Source: Alphaproteobacteria bacterium
Lineage (GTDB): Bacteria > Pseudomonadota > Alphaproteobacteria > SHVV01
DNA: 64,000 bases
Direction of reading: 5' to 3'
Assembly: GCA_965261735.1 (NCBI GenBank)
Contig: OZ253470.1
Coordinates: 2,336,001-2,400,000 of the forward strand
In this document: positions 54,803-63,568 of the stretch, one piece after another
How positions within the stretch are numbered: the stretch's first letter is position 1
How the letters are laid out: every line of letters starts with the position of its first letter
Notes under the pieces: generated by a model
Databases searched by the model: none
What the model saw: the letters and a program-made list of their open reading frames with translations, nothing else
Told to the model about the DNA's origin: nothing
Made by a program: the position numbers and the translations under genes

Positions 54803-55796
54803 CGCCTTAGGTATGGACTCATGAAACGATGGACATACTGAAGCGGCCAAGCCATGAGAATTCTCGTCACGAGAAGTGCCGGCCATCTCGGTGAGGCCGT
54901 CATGCGCACCCTTGCACGGACCGACCGAGACGCCCTCGGCATCGACATCCTGGCGTCGCAATTCACCCAAGCGGTTGGCTCGATCGTCGACCGTAGCTTC
55001 GTGGAGCGCTGCATGGCGGGCGTCGACGCGGTCATTCACACGGCGACGCTGCACAAACCGCATGTCGCGACGCATAGTCGCCAGGACTTTGTCGACACCA
55101 ACATCACCGGCACCCTCAATTTGCTGGAAGAAGCAAGCCTGGCCGGCGTTGAAAGCTTTGTCTTCACCAGCACGACCAGTGCCTTTGGCGCCGCGCTGGT
55201 GTCGGCGGACGGCGCCCCCGCCGCCTGGATCACGGAGGACGTGACGGCAATACCCAAGAATATCTACGGCGTCACCAAGACCGCGGCCGAGGATCTATGC
55301 CATTTGTTCCAGCGCCAAAAGGGGCTCCCCTGTGTCGTGTTGCGCACCTCGCGGTTCTTTCCCGAAGAGGATGACAGCAAGGCCCGGCGCGCGGCGTACC
55401 AAGACGATAATGCCAAAGCCAACGAATTCCTGTTTCGCCGGGTCGACCTGGAGGACGCCGTGAGCGCCCACCTCAATGCGATGGAGCGTGCACCGGCGAT
55501 CGGCTTTGGCCGCTATATCATCAGCGCAACGACGCCGTTCTGGCCGGAAGACCTCGCCGAATTGCGCGAAGATGCCGCCGCAGTCGTGCACCAGCAGGTG
55601 CCGGCCTGCGAAGCCGAATATCAGCGCCGCGGCTGGCGCCTGTTCCCCAGCATCGACCGGGTTTATGTGAACCGGAGGGCCAGGGGCGACCTCGGTTGGC
55701 GCCCCAAATACGATTTCGGCCATATCGTTGGTCAATTGAGAGCCGGCGAGGAGCCTGGCAGCGACCTCGCCCGTACTGTGGGCGCGAAGGGTTATC

Positions 55797-56902
55797 CTTG
55801 CCTATCCGGTTAACGCCCATGACCGCTACATGTAGGGTGCCGCCACTCTCCCGAGTAAAGCTCGGCATAGGTTGGAGCAGAGGTGTCGCCCGCGATGCCG
55901 AGCAATGAGCGGAAGGCGTTGAACGGGTAGAACCGCCTGTTGAAGCGGAAGGTGAACTCGTTGAGGTAGGCTTGTAGGTGCTGGTGGCTAACGCCGTGGT
56001 GAGATACCGATCAGCCACGTCTTCAGGTTGGCGAAAACCAGATGGATGATCGGCAGGTATTGCTCGGCAACCTCTGGATCACCACACTCGGCAACAGCGA
56101 AGTGCTCATAGCCGCGCTTACCGAGGCCAGCATAGCCGCTCCAATCGTCAGTAACGATCAGCGATCGCGGCGCGACGGTGCTCTCGACGAACCCACAGAG
56201 CGACTCGGCGCTACGGTCGAGCACGACGGCGAGCCGAACGCGTCCGGCATAGCGTCCGTCTTTCCGGTTGTCGAGCTTGGTGCCCGGCTTTCGATGACGC
56301 ACCTCGATGGCACAGGAGACGGGAACCTTGTGGTGAACACCACGGCCTTCCCCACGCGTTCGCCCGCCAACCCAGGTTTCGTCCACCTCAACATGGTTCT
56401 TGGGCTGTCCACCGATCCTGTCTTGGTTGGGCCGCACCATGCCCGAGCGGAGCTTGTGGAGAATTTGAAAGGCCGTCTCGTAGCGCGAAAGACCAAGTTG
56501 CCGCTGAAACTGCACGGCGGACATGCCGGGCGTCTGACTGGCGACCAGATAAGCGGCCCAGAACCAGACGTTCAGCGGAGTGTGGCTACGCTCCATCACT
56601 GTTCCCACCGTCAGCCCGGTGTTCTGGCGGCACTTGCGGCAGCGCAGGACGCCAGGGCGGTTTTCAAAGTGGAACGGCTCTCCCGCCGTGCCGCAGTGCG
56701 GGCAGGCAAAGCCGTCTCCCCAGCGGGCTTTCTCCAGGTAGGCGGCGCAGGCCGCATCATCGGGGAAAAGTCGCTGGAACTCGGGTAGCGAATGCGGGAA
56801 TGGGAGATCGGCGCGGTCGAGAACATCCATGGCGCGCTCCCCTATATCCGGTTTGCGCCCATTCTAGCCCTAGTGAGTGTGGGTGTCAACCGGATAGGCA
56901 AG
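55797..56902 (-). mobile_element. IS1595-family element, copy 3 (1106 bp, transposase frameshifted by a 1-nt insertion near 56002)
   Basis: IRs CTTGCCTATCCGGTT at both ends; 8-bp TSD GGGTTATC at 55789-55796 and 56903-56910. Confidence 0.96.
56861..56889 (-). promoter_or_regulatory. Sigma70 promoter inside the IS1595 left end
   Basis: TTGACA-N17-TAGAAT on the minus strand, pointing at the transposase ATG. Confidence 0.7.
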
Positions 56903-56970
56903 GGGTTATCATGCTGAGGTCTTCGCCGAGGGACCCTATCCCGTCGAGTGAGTTCGACAAACGCCTGGTA

Positions 56971-56995
56971 GCGGCTACTCGAAGTGTAGCTGAGG
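56971..56995 (+). repeat. 25-bp direct repeat, copy 2 (displaced nrdJ 3' end)
   Basis: Identical to 54778-54802; encodes GYSKCS*. Confidence 0.95.
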
Positions 56996-57162
56996 GCTTT
57001 GGGCGTGATTGTCCCGAAGGTCGCGAACCGTTCGTGACAACCGGCGCATAGAATTAGGCGTCGTCGATGCCGCGTAGCGCCGTGGAAGTCCAAGCGGGTA
57101 TCGCCGGGGGGGGGGCGTAAGACGCATGATCCGGTCGACGCGTGCGCTGGAGGAGACAGGGC

Positions 57163-57516
57163 GTGAGCGATGAGCCATTCGAGTTGGGCGAGCTTCGGAC
57201 CTCTTTGGCGGCCCGCCTGAAGGCCCTCGACGCCGCGAGCGACAGAACGGCAGGCGATCGCCGTCCCGTCGATCTCGATCAGGCGTCGGTCGGCCGCCTT
57301 TCCCGTATGGATGCCATGCAGGTGCAAGCCATGGCCCAAGCGGTCGAGCGTAGACGCACTCAGGAGCTCGAGCGCATCAAGGCTACCCTGAGGCGGATCG
57401 ATGACGGGGATTTCGGCTATTGCGTAACCTGTGGCAATGAGATTTCGCCGAAGCGCCTGGCGGTCGATCCCACGGCCGCGACGTGCATCGGCTGTGCCTC
57501 GGGCATCAGCCCCTGA
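57163..57516 (+). CDS. TraR/DksA-family C4 zinc-finger protein
   Basis: VDLDQASVGRLSRMDAMQ, FGYCVTCG.EI...RL..DP....CIGC. Confidence 0.9.
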   Translation: MSDEPFELGELRTSLAARLKALDAASDRTAGDRRPVDLDQASVGRLSRMDAMQVQAMAQAVERRRTQELERIKATLRRIDDGDFGYCVTCGNEISPKRLAVDPTAATCIGCASGISP

Positions 57517-57696
57517 GACTTGTGGAGCCGATCGACTTCGAGAGTACCGGTTGCGACCTCGGAGCCGTTGGCGGTTTGATCGGCCTCGGTCGATAAGCGG
57601 AGATGATCGTGAATAAGCCAAGCAAGTTTTGGGACAAATTTGCCGAACGCTATTCGAAACGACCCATTGCCGACGAAGACTCCTACCAGGAAAAAC

Positions 57697-57817
57697 GGTC
57701 GTGTCCCAGGACGTGGTGTAGGAGTTGTTGGAGCCTCTGGTAGCTGTGGGTAGGCGGCTTGCCGTAGCGACCGCCGAGAGTCTAGCGTAGGCAAGCCGGC
57801 TATCCACAGCGGAGGCC
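57697..57817 (+). mobile_element. 121-bp IS256 end remnant
   Basis: Near-identical reverse complement of 3604-3724, cut off at the IS3 end. Confidence 0.9.
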
Positions 57818-57879
57818 TGAGGTGGCCTCGGTTTGTCGGACAGCTTGGCGGCTTGATTAAGGTGTATTCCAGTTGTCGT

Positions 57880-58815
57880 TCATGCCGCCAGAATCCCTTT
57901 GCATCGATCTCCTTGCCGTTGTTGTTGCGCCTGTGGGGATGTGGGCAAGGCGCGTAGCGGCTTGTCCATCATATCCACAGGCGGGGCGCCGCGGTAGGCC
58001 TCGGCCGGCGTTTCCCCCCCGAGCGCCGAGTGCGGCCTCTCGGTGTTGTAGAAGTCGATCCACTCGCCGATGACGCGCCGGGCCTCGAAGCCGTCGGCGA
58101 GCTCGCGCAGATAGACGGCCTCGTATTTGAGCGAGCGCCACAGCCGCTCAATGAAGATGTTGTCCAGGCACCGGCCCCTGCCGTCCATCGAGATCCGGAT
58201 GCCGGTCTCCCGCAAGCGCCCGGTGAAGGCGAAGCCGGTGAACTGGCTGCCCTGGTCGGTATTGAAGATCTCCGGCGTGCCATGGCGGGCCAGCGCCTCG
58301 TCGAGCGCGTCTGTGCAGAAGCCCGCATCCAGGGTGTTCGACAGACGCCAAGCCAGCACATGCCGGTTGGCCCAGTCCATGATCGCCACCAGGTAAAGAA
58401 AGCCGCGCCGCACCGGGATGTAGGTGATGTCGGCGCACCAGACATGGTTCGCCCGCTCGATCGTCAAGCCTCTGAGCAGATAGGGGTAGACCCGGTGCTC
58501 GGGATGCGGATCGCTGGTGCGCGGCGCCCGATAGATCGCCTGAAGCCCCATCAGGCGCATCAGACGACCGGCCCGGCGACGACCGACGCGCACGCCCTCG
58601 CGGCGTAGATGACGGACCATCTGACGGGCGCCGTAGAACGGATACTTCAGGAACAACTCATCAATGCGCCGCATCAGCGCCAGGGTCTCCGGGCTCTCGC
58701 CCTTGGGCGTGTAATAGAGCGAGGAGCGTCCGATCGACAGCAAACGGCATTGACGGCTCAAGCTCAGCGCCGGGTGAGCGCGTATCACCATCGTTCGCCT
58801 CTCGGCCCGGCTCAT
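57880..58815 (-). CDS. IS3 OrfB (rve DDE domain)
   Basis: WCADITY, FNTDQGSQF, DNIFIERLWRSLKYE, YNTERPHSAL. Confidence 0.93.
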   Translation of the reverse strand: MSRAERRTMVIRAHPALSLSRQCRLLSIGRSSLYYTPKGESPETLALMRRIDELFLKYPFYGARQMVRHLRREGVRVGRRRAGRLMRLMGLQAIYRAPRTSDPHPEHRVYPYLLRGLTIERANHVWCADITYIPVRRGFLYLVAIMDWANRHVLAWRLSNTLDAGFCTDALDEALARHGTPEIFNTDQGSQFTGFAFTGRLRETGIRISMDGRGRCLDNIFIERLWRSLKYEAVYLRELADGFEARRVIGEWIDFYNTERPHSALGGETPAEAYRGAPPVDMMDKPLRALPTSPQAQQQRQGDRCKGILAA

Positions 58816-59093
58816 CGACCGGACCCTCGAGACAAAAAATCCCGCTCCACCGTCAACTCGCCGATCTTCGCGTGAAGATCACGGATCTCGCTCTCATGGT
58901 CCCGACGGCGGCGCTCGCCCCCGTTCGAAAACACTTCGCCAAGACCATCGATCGCCTGCCGCTTCCATGTGCTCACTTGGTTCGGATGAACCTGGTGCTG
59001 CGAGGCGATCTCCTGAAGCGTCCGGTCGCCACGAAGCGCCTCAAGCGCGATCTTCGCCTTCAGCTCCCCGGAAAACCTGCGTCTCTTACTCAT
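58812..59093 (-). CDS. IS3 OrfA (HTH)
   Basis: RRRFSGELKAKIALEA, VHPNQVSTWK, LHAKIGELTVERDFL; ATGA overlap with orfB. Confidence 0.92.
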   Translation of the reverse strand: MSKRRRFSGELKAKIALEALRGDRTLQEIASQHQVHPNQVSTWKRQAIDGLGEVFSNGGERRRRDHESEIRDLHAKIGELTVERDFLSRGSGR

Positions 59094-59200
59094 CGCGTAT
59101 CCCTCCTCAGTCGGCGGAATACACCTTAAAAACCTGTCCGATTTTCCGGGGCCACCTCAGTTGGGACTCAGTATTTTACACTTGCTGAATAACAAGGATG

Positions 59201-59264
59201 CTTTCCTATCCGGTTTACACCCATACCCACTAGGGCTAGAATGGGCGCAAACCGGATAGGCAAG
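59201..59264 (+). mobile_element. 64-bp IS1595-derived MITE carrying a sigma70 promoter
   Basis: CTTTCCTATCCGGTT...AACCGGATAGGCAAG IRs; body equals the IS left end; TTTACA(59214)-N17-TAGAAT(59237). Confidence 0.88.
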
Positions 59265-59505
59265 GAAGGATCTTTGGACTGATGCCGCTGGTCAATGTCT
59301 TTACCAGGAAGGAGTTGGAAGACAGTTTGACCCATGCCGGTTTTGCAATCGACTATCAATGGCAGCCGGGTAAGGGCAAAGCCGTTTTTATCGTGGCGAA
59401 GAAGGGCTGAGCCGCAGCGATCTTCCTTTGCCGTGCACCCCGTCTAATGACGACGCGGAACAGGTCCTGGCTCCGTTGGATTGGACACGTCTACGAGCAC
59501 GCGGC

Positions 59506-60393
59506 CTAGCCGCGCTGGACCAGCGCGACGCCGATGAGGGCGAGCGCCATGCCGGCGAGGGCGACGCGGCCGAGGGTTTCGCCGAACAGCACGAACCCGA
59601 AGAGCGCGGCGACGGGCGGCAATAGGTAGAACAGGCTCACCACCTTCGCCGCCGCACCGCGCCGGAGCAGATAGAAGAACACGATCATCCCGAAAAAAGA
59701 CACGAACACGGTGATGTAGGCGAGCGCGGCCACGAACTCGAACGTCCACTCGATGCGCATGGTCTCGAGCAGGGCCGCCAGCGGCAGCAGCATCAGAAAG
59801 GCCAGTGTGTACTGGACCGCGGGCCCGGTACGCAGGTCCATGGCGACGAGATAGCGCTTCTGATAGAGCATTCCCGCCGTGATGCCGAGGAGCGCGATGA
59901 GCGCGAGCACGAAGCCAGCCGGCGTGCCGGCCTCGACCGACAGCCCGTTGCCCACCACCATCGCGATGCCGGCGAGGCCGAGCGCGAGACCCATCCACTG
60001 GCACGCGCTGACGAGCTCGCCGAGCAGGGGCCCGGCCAGCGCCGCGGTGAGCACGGGTTGGCAGCCGACGATCACGGCGGCGATACCGGCGGAAACGCCC
60101 TGGTCGAGAGCCCAGAAAATGCAGCCGAGATAGGTGCAATGGAGCAACGCCGCCATCACCGCGTGGTGGACGAACTCGCGCCGGGTCCGCGGCCAGCGCG
60201 CGCGCATCAGCACCGCCGTCACGGTGAACAGGACGGCGACGACGGCGAGCCTGAGGAGCACGAAGGTGAGCGGCTCCGCGTGGGGCAGGCCGTATTTAGG
60301 GCTCACGAAGCCCGTGCTCCACAGGACGACGAGGGCCGCCGGTAGGGCGGCCAAGCCGGCGTTTTGCCAGCGTCCGGCGGTAGAAGCGGTCAT
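59506..60393 (-). CDS. DMT/EamA-family transporter
   Basis: LWSTGF, EPLTF..LR, QPVLTA, LYQKR, SLFYL.PP. Confidence 0.9.
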   Translation of the reverse strand: MTASTAGRWQNAGLAALPAALVVLWSTGFVSPKYGLPHAEPLTFVLLRLAVVAVLFTVTAVLMRARWPRTRREFVHHAVMAALLHCTYLGCIFWALDQGVSAGIAAVIVGCQPVLTAALAGPLLGELVSACQWMGLALGLAGIAMVVGNGLSVEAGTPAGFVLALIALLGITAGMLYQKRYLVAMDLRTGPAVQYTLAFLMLLPLAALLETMRIEWTFEFVAALAYITVFVSFFGMIVFFYLLRRGAAAKVVSLFYLLPPVAALFGFVLFGETLGRVALAGMALALIGVALVQRG

Positions 60394-60518
60394 TGGCCCC
60401 GGTGCTCGCTACGACAAGCGTCGGACCCTAGCCTAACCGCGCCATTGTCGGCCGGAAAGCCACCCCCCGCCGGCGGCACTGGCCCGTGCGCGGGGCGCCG
60501 GCTATAAGGGCTGACCCG

Positions 60519-61568
60519 ATGGTGCCCCGACGACCGAAGGCCCTCATGCGCCGCCTCGCTCGGCCGCTTCCGCTCGGCCTCGCCGCACTGGTGGCGCTGG
60601 CCGTGGCCTATACCGGATACTGGTTCTTTGCCGCGAGCGAGCTGGCGGCGAGCCTGGACCGATGGGCGGCGGAGGCACGCGCGGCCGGCTACGAGGTCGG
60701 CGCCGCGCAGGGTCACGTCACCGGGTTCCCGTTTCGCGTCAGGATCATGCAGGCCGAGGCCCGCATCGCGCGACGTGCCACACCGGCGTGGTCCTGGACG
60801 GGACGCCGCATCGGGGCGAGCGCTCGCGCGTGGTCGCCAGCCCGACTCGCCGTCTTCGTCGGCGAGCAGCGATGGACATTGGAGACTGCCGGCTTCACGG
60901 TCGCCGTGCGCGACGCAAGCGCCGTCATCTCCTTGGGTCGGAGTATCGAGACCATCACCGCCGAGCTGCCGGGCTTGCGGATCAGAAGACACGACTGGAG
61001 CGAGCCACTCGAGGTCACGCGCCTGGCCCTCGAGTGGCGGGCGCCGGCGCTGGCGCCCGCGAGCGGCGCGCCGGACGCCATGTCGCTCAGCGCCGATGCC
61101 GAGGGTATCGTCCTGCCGGCGGCGTTCGCAGCCCCCTTGGGCCGCGCCATCGCGCGCCTTTCGGCAACCTTGCGCCTGGCCCGGCCGCCGATCAAGGGAA
61201 CCCTGGCCGACGCCATCGCCCGCTGGCGCGACGATGGCGGAGTGCTCGACGTCGATGGGATTCGCGTGCGCTGGGGCGAGCTCGACGTCACCGGCGAAGG
61301 CACCTTGGCGCTCGATTCCGAGATGCGCCCGCTGGGCGCGCTGAGCGCGACGGTGAGTGGCGTCGACGCGGCGATCGCCGCGTTGCGCGAGGCTGGGCAG
61401 TTGTCTCCGGCCCAAGCGGCCGCGGTGGCGATCGGCCTCAGGCTGGTGGCCAAGGAGGGTACGCGCGGGCCCGGCAGCATCGCCCTTCCGATCACCCTGC
61501 AGGACGGGCGGCTCTATCTCGACCGCTTCGCGGTGGCCCGCCTGCGGCCCCTGTTCGGCGCTCCTTAA
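60519..61568 (+). CDS. DUF2125-family protein
   Basis: YTGYWF, GFPFR, WRDDGG.LD, GTLALD..MRP.G; convergent with tyrA. Confidence 0.85.
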   Translation: MVPRRPKALMRRLARPLPLGLAALVALAVAYTGYWFFAASELAASLDRWAAEARAAGYEVGAAQGHVTGFPFRVRIMQAEARIARRATPAWSWTGRRIGASARAWSPARLAVFVGEQRWTLETAGFTVAVRDASAVISLGRSIETITAELPGLRIRRHDWSEPLEVTRLALEWRAPALAPASGAPDAMSLSADAEGIVLPAAFAAPLGRAIARLSATLRLARPPIKGTLADAIARWRDDGGVLDVDGIRVRWGELDVTGEGTLALDSEMRPLGALSATVSGVDAAIAALREAGQLSPAQAAAVAIGLRLVAKEGTRGPGSIALPITLQDGRLYLDRFAVARLRPLFGAP

Positions 61569-61575
61569 ACCGCGC

Positions 61576-62463
61576 TCACGCCTGGCCGGCGTCGATGATG
61601 CCGCGGCGGATTTCGCGCGTGCGTGCGAACAGCTCGTGGAGCGTCTCGCCCTCACCCCAGCGGATCGCGCGCTGCAGCGCGGTGAGGTCCTCGGTGAAGC
61701 GCCCCAGCATCTCGAGCACTGCCTCGCGGTTGTTGAGGAACACGTCGCGCCACATCACCGGGTCGGACGCGGCGATTCGGGTGAAGTCGCGAAAGCCGCC
61801 GGCGGCGAACTTGATGACCTCGGACTCGGTCACGGTCTCGAGGTCGGCCGCGGTGCCGACGATGTTGTAGGCGATGAGGTGGGGCAGGTGGGAGGTGATG
61901 GCCAGCACCAGGTCGTGGTGCCGCGCCTCCATGATCTCGACCCGCATGCCGACGGCGCGCCAGAACGCGGATGCCTTTTCGACGGCGGCCGGGTCGGCGT
62001 CGGCGGGCGGCGTCAGGATGCACCAGCGGTCCTGGAACAGTTCGGCGAACCCGGCCTCCGGCCCCGAGTGCTCGGTGCCCGCAACCGGGTGGCTGGGCAC
62101 GAGGTGGACGCCGGCCGGCACGTGCGGCCCGAGGTCGCGCAGCACGGCCTGCTTGACCGAGCCCACGTCGGTGAGGAGCGCGCCGGGCGCGAGGTGCGGC
62201 GCGATGGCCTCGGCGAGCGCCGGGTACGTCCCCAGTGGCGAGCACAGTATCACCAGGTCGGCGCCGCTCGCCGCCCGCCCCGGGTCGGCCTCGACGCTGT
62301 CGGCGATGCCGAGCTCCAAAACCTTGTCGAGCGTCGCTCGCGTGCGCGCGCAGGCAACGACGTGGCGCGCCAAACCTTCGCGCTTGACGACCCGGGCGAC
62401 GGACGAGCCGATCAGGCCGATGCCGATCAGGCAGACGCGCTCGAACATCGGCTCGCCGGTCAT
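61576..62463 (-). CDS. tyrA: Prephenate/arogenate (cyclohexadienyl) dehydrogenase
   Basis: GIGLIGSS, DVGSVK, HPVAGTE.SG, SHLPH, GGFRDFTRIA.SDP.MW. Confidence 0.95.
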   Translation of the reverse strand: MTGEPMFERVCLIGIGLIGSSVARVVKREGLARHVVACARTRATLDKVLELGIADSVEADPGRAASGADLVILCSPLGTYPALAEAIAPHLAPGALLTDVGSVKQAVLRDLGPHVPAGVHLVPSHPVAGTEHSGPEAGFAELFQDRWCILTPPADADPAAVEKASAFWRAVGMRVEIMEARHHDLVLAITSHLPHLIAYNIVGTAADLETVTESEVIKFAAGGFRDFTRIAASDPVMWRDVFLNNREAVLEMLGRFTEDLTALQRAIRWGEGETLHELFARTREIRRGIIDAGQA

Positions 62464-63554
62464 GCCTGGGCCGCCAGAAACGCGGCCAACGCATCGACGA
62501 CGGCGCGGTTCTCCTCCTCCAGCCCGACTGTGATACGCAGGCAATCGGGCAGGCCGTAGCCCGCCGTGGCACGCACCAGGATGCCGCGCTCGGTGAGATA
62601 GGCGTTCGCGGCCGCCGCACTCGCGGTACCGGCGGGGAAGCGCGCAAGCACGAAGTTGGCGACGCCCGGCACGACCGCGAGGCCGAGCGCCGACAGTGCC
62701 TCGGCGAGCCACGGTCGCCAGGTATCGTTGTGCACCTTGGCGCGGTCGGCGAAGGCGGTGTCGGCCAGGGCCTCGATACCGGCGGCCTGGGCCGGCGAGG
62801 CGACGTTGAACGGGCCGCGTACCCGGTGCAACACATCGGCGACGTCGGGCGCGCAGTAGCACCAGCCGAGACGGAGCGCGGCCAGGCCGTGGAGCTTCGA
62901 GAAGGTCCGCGTCACGACGACGTTGTCGAAAGCGTCGACGAGCTCGTGGCCGGGCGTGTAGTCGTTGCGGTCGACGAACTCTGCGTAAGCCGCATCGATC
63001 ACCAGCAGTACATCGTCGGCAAGCCCGGCACGCAGGCGCCGCAGCTCGAGGGGCGTCAGATAGGTTCCGGTTGGATTGTTGGGGTTGGCGAGAAACACGA
63101 GGCGCGTGCGCCCGCCGGCGCGCGCGAGCAGCGCGTCGACGTCGGCCGTGAAGTCGCGCTCCGGTGCCGCCACGGGCGTCGCGCCAGCGCCGCGGCTCGA
63201 GATGGGGTACATGGCGAAGCCGAACTCGCTGTACAGCACCTCCTCCCCTGGCCCCGCATAGCACCGCGCGAGCAGGCCGATGATCTCGTCCGAGCCCGCG
63301 CCGCACACGATGCGCTCGGGATCGAGACCGTGATGTCGACCGATGGCATCACGTAGCGCGGTGGCCTCCCCGTCGGGGTAGCGATGCAAACTCGCCGCCT
63401 CGCCCCGGTAGGCCGCGACCGCGCGCGGGCTCGGGCCCAGCGCCGACTCGTTGGAGGCCAGCCTGATGGCGCGATCCACGCCGGGGGCGGCGGATCGGCC
63501 GCCGACATAGCGATCGATCTCGAGTATGCCGGGTCGGGGCGTGAGCGGATTCAC
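62460..63554 (-). CDS. hisC: Histidinol-phosphate aminotransferase
   Basis: LASNES, RYPD, GSDE, NPNNPTG, DAAYAEF, RTFSK..GLA.LRLG. Confidence 0.96.
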   Translation of the reverse strand: MNPLTPRPGILEIDRYVGGRSAAPGVDRAIRLASNESALGPSPRAVAAYRGEAASLHRYPDGEATALRDAIGRHHGLDPERIVCGAGSDEIIGLLARCYAGPGEEVLYSEFGFAMYPISSRGAGATPVAAPERDFTADVDALLARAGGRTRLVFLANPNNPTGTYLTPLELRRLRAGLADDVLLVIDAAYAEFVDRNDYTPGHELVDAFDNVVVTRTFSKLHGLAALRLGWCYCAPDVADVLHRVRGPFNVASPAQAAGIEALADTAFADRAKVHNDTWRPWLAEALSALGLAVVPGVANFVLARFPAGTASAAAANAYLTERGILVRATAGYGLPDCLRITVGLEEENRAVVDALAAFLAAQA

Positions 63555-63568
63555 GAGCAGGCGACCCC

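Larger units (their letters stand above)
54854..56951 (+). pseudogene. NAD-dependent epimerase/dehydratase interrupted near its 3' end by IS1595
   Basis: TRSAGHLG (first Gly lost), HTATLHKP, YGVTK; removing the IS and one TSD restores KGYHAEVFAEGPYPVE*. Confidence 0.9.
57818..59159 (-). mobile_element. IS3-family insertion sequence (1342 bp)
   Basis: TG...CA ends; IRs TGAGGTGGCC.CGG....TCGGACAG; no TSD. Confidence 0.94.
57603..59410 (+). pseudogene. Class I SAM-dependent methyltransferase broken into three fragments (57603-57696, 59160-59200, 59265-59410)
   Basis: KFWDKFAERYSKRPIADEDSYQEK / LGLSILHLLNNKD / IFGLMPLVNVFTRKELEDSLTHAGFAIDYQWQPGKGKAVFIVAKKG*; family recognised from memory. Confidence 0.75.

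Noticed and set aside
59193-59272. CAAGGATG / GAAGGATC as the MITE target duplication
   Set aside because: Only 6/8 match, and the flanks appear to be non-contiguous parts of the methyltransferase gene
57517-59505. Tail relic of the dksA-like or DMT gene around the methyltransferase insert
   Set aside because: Both flanks were inspected and no convincing similarity was found
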